A program made the translations under genes and the position numbers. The notes beneath the pieces were generated by a model. It had not been told where the DNA came from. It searched no databases and worked only from the letters and a program-made list of their open reading frames with translations. Of a DNA stretch of 55,772 bases, positions 14,910-26,142 are shown in pieces; within the stretch, counting starts at the first letter, position 1, and each line of letters begins with the position of its first letter. This DNA is from Macrostomum lignano (taxonomy: Eukaryota). The stretch covers positions 1 through 55,772 of the forward strand of contig NIVC01004195.1 in assembly GCA_002269645.1 (NCBI GenBank), written 5' to 3'.

Positions 14910-17120
14910 ATGTCTGCTGCCGATTCGGACCCCGTGGCCAGCCTGGCCGAAGGTCTCTCCCATACTAAACTGGCCACTGCCGACTCTTCCGACGCCGAGG
15001 ACGCCGCCGCCTCAGATGGCCGCCTGCTGAGCTTTGCCGACCGCGGCCTGAAGCTGGACTCGGCCGAGGCTGCCACCGAAGTGACGGAAGCGCTGGGCGC
15101 GGGCGAGCCGGACGTGGCTGCGCTGGACCTCTCCGGCAACACCATTGGCGTGGCGGCCGCCGAGGCCATCGGGCTGGCGCTGGCGCGGCATTCGTGCAGC
15201 CTGCGCCGTCTGCTGTGGAAGGACACGTTCACCGGGCGGCTCAAGACCGAGATCGGGCCGGCTCTCAGCGCAATGACCCGCCAGCTGGCCCTGCCCGACT
15301 CCGGGGCTCGCCTCACCGAGATCGACCTCTGCGACATCGCCTTCGGCCCCAACGGAGTTGTAGGCGTTACCGACCTGCTGGCCTCGCCCGCCTGCTTCTC
15401 CCTCCGCGTGCTGCGGATGAACAACGAGGGCCTCGGGCACCAGGGCTGCCGCCTGCTCTCCGACGCCCTCAGTCGCGGCATCGACGCCAGCGAAGCGGCT
15501 GGCCGGCCGCTGCGGCTGCGGGAGTTCTCGGCCGGCCGGAACCGGCTGGAGAACGCGGGCGTCGACATGCTGGCGGGACCGCTGAGCCGCATGGCCAGCC
15601 TGCGCAAGCTGGAGCTGTACCAGGACGGCATCGGCATTCACGGGCCCGAGGGCGCCCAGCAGCTCGCCGCCATTGTGGCTGCCAACCCCCACCTGCGCTG
15701 CCTGAACCTTTCCGACAACAGCATCAAGCCGGATGGAGCTCAGCTGCTGGCCGATGCTCTGCGCAAGCTGCCCAAACTCACCGAGCTCAACTTGGCCGAC
15801 TGCCTGCTACTCAGCGATGGGGCTCAGGTGATGCTGGCATTTTTTAACCCAATTCAAACTCTCGATAAGTCTATCAAAACCTCAGAAATTCTCCCATCAT
15901 TTTACTCAGCAGTAGCTTTTCTCACAAAGAAACGAACGACCACCAACTCTCTTTACAAACAACCGCAGGCCATTGCGGACGCCCTGGATGAGGCGCTGTG
16001 TCCCAGCCTCCGGAGTCTAATCATCAGCGGCAACGAGATCAACCGAGATGCCGCCCTGGCCGTCGCAGCGGCCGCCGCCGGCAAGCCGAGTCTCCGCCTG
16101 CTGGACCTGAACGCCAACGCCATCGGGCCGGAGGGCATCGAGCTCATCCGCCAGCACGTCAGCGCCTCTGGCAGCGCCGAGCTCGCCTCATTTTCCGACG
16201 ACGAGGGCGAGGACGACGGCGAGGAGGGTGACGAAGACGACGAGGAGGCCGAAGAGGAGGAGGGCGATGGCGGCGACAGGGGCGCGGAAGAGGACGAAGT
16301 CGAGGCCGCCACAGCTGGGCTGTCCATCGGCGGCGGCGGCGCGGGGAATCGCAGCCTGTTCGACAACGTGCCGGAGCTGGGTCTCTCCGGCTGCAGCCTC
16401 TTCGGCGGCGGCTCCGCCTCTTCTAAGCCTGCTGCTCCTGCCGGCTCTGGCGGCGGCGTTGTGGCCTTCAGCTTCAAGGCGGCTGCGGCGGTCACCCCCG
16501 CTGCAGAGAAGCCGGCGGGCTCGGAGGTCGGCCAGCCGCTGCTTCGGCCAGGCCGCCTGTCTGCTGGAGGTGGTCGCTCCGACGGCGAGTCCTCGGCAGC
16601 GGCCTCACTGGTGGACCGCCTGCTGACCTCGCCGGCCACCTTCAAGCTTGGCGAGGATGGCCTGGCCTCACTCGGTCCAGAACCCGGGCCCCGTGTGCTC
16701 CGCGCTGCTCTGTCGGCGCCTGACATGCCCGACCGCTGCCAGCGCCTGGTGGCCGGCGCTCTGGCGCTGAGCCAGCAGTCCGACTCGGCCCCCGCGGAGT
16801 CAGCCGCCGCCGGCTTGCTGCAGGCAGCGATGAAGTCGGAGTCGTCGGCCCCCGGAGGCTGGGTGCAGGCTGTGCTCACCGAGTGCGGCCTCATCAAGTG
16901 CGAGCGCTTGCGCAACCGACGCCGGCCATGCGAATTGGCGCGCACGGCGCCATTTTGGCGCGCCTTGGGACAAGCGCTAGCAGCCGTTGGCGAATCGGCC
17001 GGAGAAGAGCAGCGCCGCTGCCTGGCCGCCTGCCTGGAGGGCCTCTGGCCGCGTGACGACAAATCGCCGGCCGCCTCTGCCAAGCAGAGCCTCGTCGGCT
17101 CGCTGGCCGCCAGCGCATAG
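14910..17120 (+). CDS. RANGAP1: Ran GTPase-activating protein 1; exons 14910-15827 and 15969-17120; ~689 aa
   Basis: LSFADRGLKLD, LDLSGNTIG, WKDTFTGRLKTEI, DLCDIAFGPNG, GRNRLENAG LRRs, an acidic tract, and a C-terminal domain with GLIKCE. The intron CAG|GTGATG..CCGCAG|GCC is AT-rich and non-homologous. Confidence 0.95.
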   Translation: MSAADSDPVASLAEGLSHTKLATADSSDAEDAAASDGRLLSFADRGLKLDSAEAATEVTEALGAGEPDVAALDLSGNTIGVAAAEAIGLALARHSCSLRRLLWKDTFTGRLKTEIGPALSAMTRQLALPDSGARLTEIDLCDIAFGPNGVVGVTDLLASPACFSLRVLRMNNEGLGHQGCRLLSDALSRGIDASEAAGRPLRLREFSAGRNRLENAGVDMLAGPLSRMASLRKLELYQDGIGIHGPEGAQQLAAIVAANPHLRCLNLSDNSIKPDGAQLLADALRKLPKLTELNLADCLLLSDGAQVMLAFFNPIQTLDKSIKTSEILPSFYSAVAFLTKKRTTTNSLYKQPQAIADALDEALCPSLRSLIISGNEINRDAALAVAAAAAGKPSLRLLDLNANAIGPEGIELIRQHVSASGSAELASFSDDEGEDDGEEGDEDDEEAEEEEGDGGDRGAEEDEVEAATAGLSIGGGGAGNRSLFDNVPELGLSGCSLFGGGSASSKPAAPAGSGGGVVAFSFKAAAAVTPAAEKPAGSEVGQPLLRPGRLSAGGGRSDGESSAAASLVDRLLTSPATFKLGEDGLASLGPEPGPRVLRAALSAPDMPDRCQRLVAGALALSQQSDSAPAESAAAGLLQAAMKSESSAPGGWVQAVLTECGLIKCERLRNRRRPCELARTAPFWRALGQALAAVGESAGEEQRRCLAACLEGLWPRDDKSPAASAKQSLVGSLAASA

Positions 17121-17188
17121 GCGGCGACGCAAATTCAGTACGCGATGCGGCCCGCGTTCTGCCTGTTTCTTTGAACTTTCTGCATATT

Positions 17189-17680
17189 GGCGTATTACAG
17201 GAGATCTAGGCGTATTACAGGAGATCTAGGCGTATTACAGGAGATCTAGGCGTATTACAGGAGATCTAGGCGTATTACAGGAGATCTAGGTGTATTACAG
17301 GAGGTCTAGGTGTATTACAGGAGATCTAGGCGTATTTCAGGAGATCTAGGCGTATTTCAGGAGATCTAGGCGTATTTCAGGAGATCTAGGCGTATTTCAG
17401 GAGATCTGGGCGTATTTCAGGAGATCTAGGCGTATTACAGGAGATCTAGGCGTATTACAGGAGATCTAGGCGTATTTCAGGAGATCTAGGGCGTATTACA
17501 GGAGATCTAGGGCGTATTACAGGAGATCTAGGCGTATTTCAGGAGATCTAGGGCGTATTACAGGAGATCTAGGCGTATTTCAGGAGATCTAGGGCGTATT
17601 ACAGGATATCTAGGCGTATTACAGGAGACCTGGGCGTATTGCAGGAGACCTGGGCGTATTACAGGAGACCTAGGCGTATT
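17189..17680. repeat. 20-nt minisatellite (GGCGTATTACAGGAGATCTA) 3' of RanGAP
   Basis: About 24 copies. Confidence 0.95.
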
Positions 17681-18461
17681 CTAATCGAAAACCGGCTATC
17701 TAGACAAGACTGCCGCACGTCCCTGCGAGCTGTGGGTTTTAATCAAGTTGTGTGGCTGCAAATAAATTGAGAAATTATTTGCCCAGTTGAAGTAGCTCAC
17801 GGTTTTTAATCTAGTATTTGAAGCCCTGTTCTCATTGCAAAGTATTGTATGAATCCTTGATTGCGCTCCATCTATTCAAAATGCAGCATTTAGTTACCAC
17901 CCTTCCCCCAAGTCTACCCCATTACCCTTTCCTCTCTACCCCCGTATTTCCTAATCTGCGTTGCGTTGCCGCAAATTCTGCACAAAATAATCCGTGCTAT
18001 TTTGTTATTTATTAAATTTATTTTATTCAATGAATTCTCGGTGCGATTAACAATGTAATTGGCTATGAATTTTAATTATACCACACTGTGAATGCTGAAA
18101 TGCTTTGCTCTGGGTTTTCGCATCTTTTTTCAATTTCTATGCCATTCTCGTAGGCTAGCTTGTGACCTTTTCTGTGCATCTGTGCGCAACAAAATCTGTG
18201 TGAAAAATCGCCCTGTGTGAACAAGCACCTGTGTGATCAATCGCCCTGTAAGAACAATCGCCCTGTGTGAACAATAGCCCTGTGATCAATTGCCCTCTCT
18301 GAGCAATCGCGAGTCAGGCAACCCATGAACATGCAAAAAGCAGCCTCATTGCGACATTCTTCAGCAATCGGGTGGCTCAAGCAGAGCCCAACGCGAGCGC
18401 ACCAGAGTCAACAGCAGCCAACAATCGGACCAACAGGCAGACTTGGAGGCCGGCCGCAGCG

Positions 18462-20038
18462 ATGGCCACCCAGCCGAAGCGCACGCTGATCAAAGCCATC
18501 ATCCTGGGCGACCAGGGAGTCGGCAAGACCGCGCTGCTGCACAGGCTGGTGAAGAACAGCTTCACCCAGTATTACAAAACTACCGTATGCGTGGACTTCC
18601 TCACCAAGGACGTCTGCATCGATGGCCGGCCGGTGACGCTGCAGCTGTGGGACACGGCCGGCCAGGACCGGTTCAGGTCGCTTGGCGCTTTCTACTTCCG
18701 CGGAGCCGACGCTTGCGTGCTGGGTGCGGGTCTTGCTTGGCTGTTTGCTTCACCTACTTGCAGTAGCATGTGTCTGCAACTCAGAAGTTAAGCATCCTTA
18801 GAGCGCCCTCAGAGCAGCCACACTGGAAGTGCTGGCCAATCAGCTCACCCTGTCGTGAGCAGGTAGAAATACAGATTTGCACCTCCCCCCGTGATGAGAC
18901 TCAGCGCTCTGGAAGCTGTACATGTACAGTCCTCGGAAGCTTATTGTAAAGCTTATTCAACATCACCCTGGTGAACCCTAGCGTTACATAATCCCATTGA
19001 AAACGATACCGTGAAAAAATCGCTAAAAAGTCATTACAAACAATTCTCTAGTGACAAGCGACTCTTGCGTCTAATGCGACGGAGAGGCAACCTTTGCGTC
19101 ACGAGCCAAGCGCATCACGTGAGTTAAAGAGTTGCGAAAGAGTCGCCCAAGAATCGTTGTGTTGGTGCTTAACTTTTGCTAAAGACGCGACTCTAATGCG
19201 ACAAGCGACGCAAATGCGCTTTAAACACAACTCAGGGACTCTACAGCGACTCCAGCATGCCTTAGATACGACTCTACGACCCCAGAGTTGTTATACCGCC
19301 GCCCCAGAGTCGCAGACAACAAAACGACTTTTTGAGTCGGGCAACTTGACGAATTTTTGGCGACTTGTACCGTGACATCTCGGCGTTTTAGTCGTTTAGA
19401 GTTGATTCTTTCCTATTTTACCTGTGTCATCTGCAGTGACTCTGGGGTGACTCGGGTGACTCTGGAACGCTTCTTGGCATAGGTACCGTTTTCATCGGGA
19501 ATGCCACCAGCTATTGTTCTTGAGCGTGTTATCTGTTCAGGCCAAGCACAAGCAGAGCATTTAGTATTCTTCCATTAATGGGTTTATACAGTGAAAATGT
19601 TATATGCATTACTGCCAGTAGCATAGCCAGCCACCCGCCCATCGCCTCACCCCAGTGTACGACGTCACTCAACCAAACTCGTTCAAGTCGCTGGACTCGT
19701 GGCGCGACGAATTCCTGGTGCAGGCGGGGCCCCGCGACCCGGACAAATTCCCCTTCATCCTGATCGGCAACAAGGTGGACCTGGAGAGCCGCTCCGTCAC
19801 GAAGAAGCGGGCCGCCCAGTGGGCTCAGTGCAAGAGCGGCATGCCCTACATCGAGTGCTCCGCCAAGGAGGCCGTCAACGTGGACGAGGCCTTCTGTTCG
19901 CTAGCCCGCATCGCCCTGGCCCGCGAGACCTCCGCTGTTGCCGCCGATGAGGCTGCGGCTGCCGAAATTCCCGCGGCCATCCAGCTGCGGGCCGGCGATG
20001 CAGACTCGAACTCCGGACACCGGGCCTGCCAGTGCTGA
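18462..20038 (+). CDS. RAB7: Rab7-family GTPase with divergent exon 1; exons 18462-18723 and 19656-20038; 214 aa
   Basis: [14 protein letters not shown], Rab7-typical [42 protein letters not shown]-terminal CQC; exon sum 645 nt. Confidence 0.88.
18991..19501. mobile_element. Possible MITE in the Rab7 intron
   Basis: Imperfect ~20-bp inverted ends (ATCCCATTGAAAACGATACC / GGTACCGTTTTCATCGGGAA) and many internal GCGACTC/GAGTCGC motifs; no clear TSD. Confidence 0.4.
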
Positions 20039-21398
20039 GTGTGGCTTCCTCTGACTGGGAGAGTTGGGGGAAATGGAACCGGCGCTTCCCTTCAAACGGC
20101 CAATCCTGGCCAATTTAATCGTTTTGAAATGGCTGAAGGGATCAGCGGTGCAAAGTTCTTCACACAGATAACTTACACGGGGCTGTAAGCGCAGCCTGTT
20201 CTACCATTGTGAATCTGTTGAGCAGCCGGCATTCTGGGAGACTTTGCTCCGCCTTTCTCTTTAGTCTATTCGAAAACATCGGCCTGGGTTCCAATTTCTT
20301 GGTCCGGCCCGCTTGACTCCCAACAGAAGCGATTGACGCTGCTCAGAGCTGAGCACTCATCCAGGATGCGCTAATTCTGGCTTCTGTTTTGCTTATTGCA
20401 TGCGAATTTATACTTTCCTTTGTTGCACAACTCAATTCCTTGAGTCCATGTGGCAGTCCTGAGTTCGAAGCAAATGACCCGAGTGGGTCTTCGCCTGCTT
20501 GCCCCGAGCGCCAAGGCTGCTGCTACAAGCGAAATTCGTTAATTCCCTTTACCCCCCGCCTGTATAATTTGAGCTGTACACAATGGGCACCGCAAGCCCT
20601 GCGCCTGTTTTAGTTCCCCACCTTCATCAACTTTATCCAGATCTGTTTTATTTGGTGTTCTCGCCATTGCTGTGTGTGACAACCTCGGCTCTGCAATATT
20701 ATTCATATATTTTAAAGTTCCTCATCTTGGCATGTAGATTATTGTCCTACTCCACACTTGCGCGTTCAATTTCAGTTGAATGCTGAAATTTGTTTTTAAT
20801 CTGACGCTTTTTCCTGAGTGGCCCTGGCTGTCTCGCTGAGAATCTCGGGGCAGCGCACCCTGCTGTGTGCTCATAATTCTGTCGCTTGTTCATTTGGCAT
20901 TTTAAGCAGAGATGTTTGGCAATATTCTGATCAACGAATTACAGCATTATATTTTTAGTATATGGATACCGCGGCTTTTCATCAACTCTTTTTTCTGCTT
21001 CAAGCTCGCACTGCTTGTTTCATCATGACAGATTTGGCGCACTTTGACAGGACTTTTGGATTGGAGCCTCAGTGGGTCTTTATCACACCACCTCAGCTAA
21101 AATTGAAATTTTCCGACTGCTTGTTTTGACTCTTTTCACGCACCGTCAGTTTACTTTTGTGTGCAGAGTGCAGACCGATTCTGTAGCAATTTGTTGTAAT
21201 AAATGCGAATCTGTGCAAGATTATCAACACTATACCGCTTGTGCTGTCTCTTGCGTTTGTTTGCAATGATTTATCGACTCTGTGCTCAGCCCCAATGCCA
21301 GGCATCAAAGGAAGTTGATCAAAACCCAATACTCGAGGGGAGTTGCTCAAAATTCCAACGCTCAAGAGGAACTTGGCTCGATGCCAAGTCTTGAGGCT

Positions 21399-21992
21399 AA
21401 TTGGTAAAACACCGAGTCTCAATGGGAATTGGTGAAACACCGAGTCTCAATGGGAATTGGTGAAACACCGAGTCTCAATGGGAATTGGTGAAACACCGAG
21501 TCTCAATGGGAATTGGTGAAACACCGAGTCTTAATGGGAATTGGTGAAACACCGAGTCTCAATGGGAATTGGTGAAACACCGAGTCTCAATGGGAATTGG
21601 TGAAACACCGAGTCTCAATGGGAATTGGTGAAACACCGAGTCTCAATGGGAATTGGTAAAACACCGAGTCTCAATGGGAATTGGTGAAACACCGAGTCTC
21701 AATGGGAATTGGTAAAACACCGAGTCTCAATGGGAATTGGTGAAACACCGAGTCTCAATGGGAATTGGTGAAACACCGAGTCTCAATGGGAATTGGTGAA
21801 ACACCGAGTCTTAATGGGAATTGGTGAAACACCGACTCTCAATGGGAATTGGTGAAACACCGAGTCTCAATGGGAATTGGTGAAATACCGAGTCTTAATG
21901 GGAATTGGTGAAATACCGAGTCTCAATGGGAATTTGTAAAACACTGAGTCTCAATGGGAATTGGTGAAACACCGAGTCTCAATGGGAATTGG
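21399..21992. repeat. 28-nt minisatellite (GGTGAAACACCGAGTCTCAATGGGAATT) upstream of the second Rab gene
   Basis: About 21 copies. Confidence 0.97.
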
Positions 21993-22160
21993 TAGAAGGC
22001 CGTCTCTACGGGAATTAATAAAAAAGTTAAAGTCACATTAGCCGAGTTGGAATTTGAATTGTCAATTGCCAAGAACTCAGATAACCGTGCAGTGTATTTG
22101 CTTGCTGTCTGAAGTCCGGGAGCTGTCTGTCTGCAAGGCCCCAGGGGGCGAGCATTCCAG

Positions 22161-23353
22161 TCTAGCGGACAAGCCCCAGTCTTTGTGCCGCACTCTGCCC
22201 AATGCTTTGACAATTTGCCCAACCAGCGCCCGCAGTGCCGGCTGGCCAGCGTCAAAATTGTTGTCTTGGGCGATGCCGGCGTCGGCAAGACGGCCCTGCT
22301 GCACCGGCTGGTTCACAGCGGTTTCCATGGAGACGGTATCTATCGGGCCACCATCGGCTCGGACCTGCTGATGAAGCGGCTGGTGCTGAACTGCGGAGCC
22401 GAGGTGACGCTGCAGCTGTGGGACACGGCCGGGCAGGAGCGGTTCAGGTCGCTTAACCGCGCCTACTTCAGAGGGGCCGACGGCTGCGTGCTCGGTGCGG
22501 GCTCTTGTGCTGACATTTGCGCCTGAGTATTTGTTCTGGCAATGCATCATCAGTTCTGGCATGCAAGCCAGGCAAAATCATTGCGTATTGAAAGATGGGG
22601 TTGGGCCGTCCAAATTCTTCATTGTAAACCACTCGTGGGGGCTCATCATAGCCTCGACGGCGGCATCCGAATTGCGGGCCGTGTGCAAAACATTTACACA
22701 TGAAAACTAAACCTCTGGCTGCTACAGAATTTCTATATGAGTTGAAATTCGTGTCAGTAGTAGAAAAGCGTTGGTCTGCGATCGGATTGAAGTGGAGACT
22801 GTACGCCAGGCTTCCATCTTCAATGACATCGTCAGGGGATTCTGCCAACTCCACAGCTTCCCCTGAGGGGCCAGCACAGAGAATAAAGGCTGTGAACTTT
22901 TAAATCGGGTCTAAATAAAATGGATTGATCAATCAGATCGCCTGGCAGCTCCGCCCCGCTCCTTCCGCAGTGTTCGACCTGACCAGCACCGCCAGCCTCG
23001 CCTCCCTGACACACTGGCGCCAGGAATTCGACTCGGAACGGTCCGGGTTCGAATCCGCGGCCGCCTTGCCGCCGCTGCTGTTGCTGGGTAACAAGGCCGA
23101 CCTGCCCACGGGCAGCCGGGCGGTTTCCGGCCGATGCGTCGCCGCCTGGCGCAGCGCCCAGCAGCTGCCTAGCGGTGCCGAGCGCTACTTCGAGTGCTCT
23201 GCCAAGACTGGCCTGAATGTTGAGGCCGCCTTCCGCCACCTGGCCGCTGCCTGCCTGTCACGGAGGCGCCACCCGATGGAGGCCGGCCTGCGGCTCGCGC
23301 TGACTAACGGAACAGACGACAGCGCCTCCGGCTGCGTGTGCCGCCCAGCCTGA
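22161..23353 (+). CDS. Divergent Rab7-like paralog; exons ~22161-22494 and 22971-23353; no in-frame ATG upstream of the P-loop
   Basis: VKIVVLGDAGVGKT, YRATIGSDL, LWDTAGQERFRSL, LLGNKADL, FECSAKTGLNV. Same intron position and donor (G|GTGCGGG) as the neighbouring Rab7. In-frame TGA at 22110-22112 with no ATG before the P-loop. Confidence 0.8.
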
Positions 23354-24278
23354 ATTTCCCACCAAATCTCAGGGGTGGAGACTTTCTGTTTTATGCGACT
23401 CTTTGCAGTATTAGCCTTTTTGGCCCATTGCTCAGCGGGTGCTTTGGGTAAGCTGGGCATCACTGTACTGTACGCCTTTCTATCGCTGTTTGTTACTGAT
23501 GGACCACGTAGGTATCGGCTCAAGCCTGTGCATGAGCTCATCTTTTTCTTTCATAAGCCTTTTTATTCTGGAGCCGGGTTCCTCTCTGACCGTCCGCTGT
23601 ACTTTTTATAGCTGTGTGAAGTGTATTTCTCCCTTTGCTATCTGGCGGCAGTCTGCTTGCTCAGTATCTGTCTGAACAGAAGCAGCAGAGCAAGCCTGTG
23701 CTTGTTAGTTTTTAGTCCGATTTCTGTCCGTAAAAAGATACTCTGCTGCATGCATAAGAAAGCAATGTAAAGTTTTTATCAAATATACCCTACCTGACTG
23801 TCAAATGTATGTTTCATAAATTCACTACACATGACATATTGGTTCCGATTTGAAAGAATGATTTTTGACTGCCATTTTGTCTCTCTGCTACTGCCATTCC
23901 AACCCTTGAATGCCTGCCGCTTTAATCTCACCTTGAGTCTGCACTGGTAATGACGGAGTTCGCAAATTCGATAATTAGAGCTTACATACAAACATGTTTA
24001 TCGCTTTTCTCGAATCACTATTGACTGTCCTGTCGCTGTCAGAACAAATTAAAGGATGAAATTTCCTATACACTTTCACTTCAACTCTACCCCACGGCCA
24101 TCATATATGACAGCTCGAGCTAATAAGCTGCAGGTATCTCTGACAGGTATGCGACCGCATGCAGCAGCCTCGGTGTCGAGTTTCCAGTATTGGCCATAAA
24201 AGCGCATTTGGGCAGCCAAACTCGGCCTCGCTCGCGAATTTCGCTGCCGCCACGGCCTCAGCAACTGTTGTGAAGCAA

Positions 24279-25653
24279 ATGACGGCGCGGGGCGAAAATT
24301 CCTCGGCTGACACAGCGGGCGGTGAAGGAGAGCCGAGCCCGAAGTGGCAGCTGCGCTACTGGCCCAACGTGCCTGGCAGAGCGGAGTTCATCCGCCTCAT
24401 CCTGGTGGAAGCTGGGCAGGAGTTCAGCGAGCACTGCGACCCCGAGGCCATCTACCTGGACTTCAAGTGTCAGCAGAAAACTGGCTGGCCTGTGTTTGCT
24501 GTGCCCATGATAAAGCAGGGTGAGGTTTGCTGTGCCCATGATAAAGCAGGGTGAGGGAGGTTGCTGTGCCCATGATAAAGCAGGGTGAGGTTTGCTGTGC
24601 CCATGATAAAGCAGGGTGAGGTTTGCTGTGCCCATGATAAAGCAGGGTGAGGTTTGCTGTGCCCATGATAAAGCAGGGTGAGGTTTGCTGTGCCCATGAT
24701 AAAGCAGGGTGAGGTTTGCTGTGCCCATGATAAAGCAGGGTGAGGTTTGCTGTGCCCATGATAAAGCAGGGTGAGGTTTGCTGTGCCCATGATAAAGCAG
24801 GGTGAGGTTTGCTGTGCCCATGATAAAGCAGGGTGAGGTTTGCTGTGCCCATGATAAAGCAGGGTGAGGTTTGCTGTGCCCATGATGAAGCAGGGTGAGG
24901 TTTGCTGTGCCCATGATAAAGCATTCGATCGAACATTGTGACATAAATTAATTTAAGTTATCCCAAAGTTTACACTATTGTTTACCAAAGTCTTAAGTTA
25001 AATAGAGAGGAGTTTCGTAGAGGTAAATTCTGGATTCTGTTGGATGGACGACTTTTACAAGGCGACAGCAGAGCTGCAGCTTCAGCACTGAGGCTACTGC
25101 GGACTGATGTTGGCCGATATTTCACCTCCCAGGCGACTTCGAGCTGGGCCAGACGGCCACCATCTGCCGCTACCTGGCCAAGCGGCTCGGCCTGCTGCCC
25201 GATGGCGAGCCGGACCGCTGGCGGGCCGACCAGACCTGCGCCACCGTCATGGACTTCATCACGGAGGGCCGGCTGGCCTTCCACGGCCGCAACTTCTACG
25301 AGTCGTACTTCGGCCAGGAGGCGGAGACGCGGCCCTACATTGACTATTTTGAGCGGCACCGGCTGCCCAAGTTCCTGCGCCACTTCGAGCAGGTGCTCAG
25401 CTTCAACGCGGCCAACTGGGACGCTTCTGGCGGCGGCCGGTTTGTCGTGGGCCGGCGGGTGACCTACTGCGACCTCTGCCTGCTGCACGTGCTGCGGGCC
25501 GCGGAGTCGCAGTTTCCGGCCGCCTGGGCCCGCAGCATCGGCGACTGTCCGAGGTTGGCCGAGTTCAAGGCCGGAATGGAGGACCGGCCGAGAGTTCGCG
25601 ACTACCTGAGCTCGGCCAGGTGCAAGCCGTTTGAGGGGAACAGCATGATGTGA
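24279..25653 (+). CDS. Glutathione S-transferase; exons 24279-24519 and 25133-25653; 253 aa
   Basis: LRYWPNVPGRAEFIRLIL, FAVPMIKQG|DFELGQTATICRYLA, RLPKFLRHFEQVL, VTYCDLCL, RPRVRDYLSS; exon sum 762 nt, in frame. Confidence 0.9.
24494..24923 (+). repeat. 31-nt minisatellite copying the GST exon-1 end plus its donor
   Basis: Unit GTTTGCTGTGCCCATGATAAAGCAGG|GTGAG, about 14 copies; the first copy is coding (FAVPMIKQG). Confidence 0.95.
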
Positions 25654-25975
25654 TGGGGCCGGGCCATCGGTAGACTGCAGATGGATCATCGCTATAGACT
25701 ACAGGCGTTCGATCTTTACTGCATTAATTTGCTCGTAGTTTTAAGACAAATGAAGTGCAGCTTTTTGGTGATGGTGCTTTGTCACAAATAAAGGCAAGTT
25801 CGGTTGCTCAAATACTTAAATATTAGCGAATGTGAACATTAAAAGCATTTGATTGCTTGAAATTCACCGAATTTCAGTTTCCTGATCACATGCAGTACAG
25901 CATCAAGATTGCTTCTTTTTCGGCATTGTTGGACCGCATTTGGCACTGAAGAGTTGGAACGAAGTTTAAGTTGCT

Positions 25976-26142
25976 ACCGACACCGCTCCCGACCTCCTTC
26001 AGTGGGCACCACCGCTCCCGACCTCCTTCAGTGGGCACCACCGCTCGTTCCTGACCTCCTTCAGTGGGCACCACCGCTCGATCCTGACCTCCTTCAGTGG
26101 GCACCACCGCTCGATCCTGACCTCCTTCTGTGGGCACCACCA
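25976..26142. repeat. 29-33-nt repeat (GGGCACCACCGCTC...GACCTCCTTCAGT) 3' of GST
   Basis: About 5 copies. Confidence 0.85.

Noticed and set aside
15953-17083. Long antisense ORFs over GC-rich exons (also 14846-15637, 24982-25689, 50555-51544)
   Set aside because: Shadow ORFs caused by strong GC3 codon bias; no recognisable motifs.
12127-21992. Regular 20-44-nt repeat arrays as CRISPR arrays
   Set aside because: Units are head-to-tail with no unique spacers, there are no cas genes, and the context is eukaryotic.
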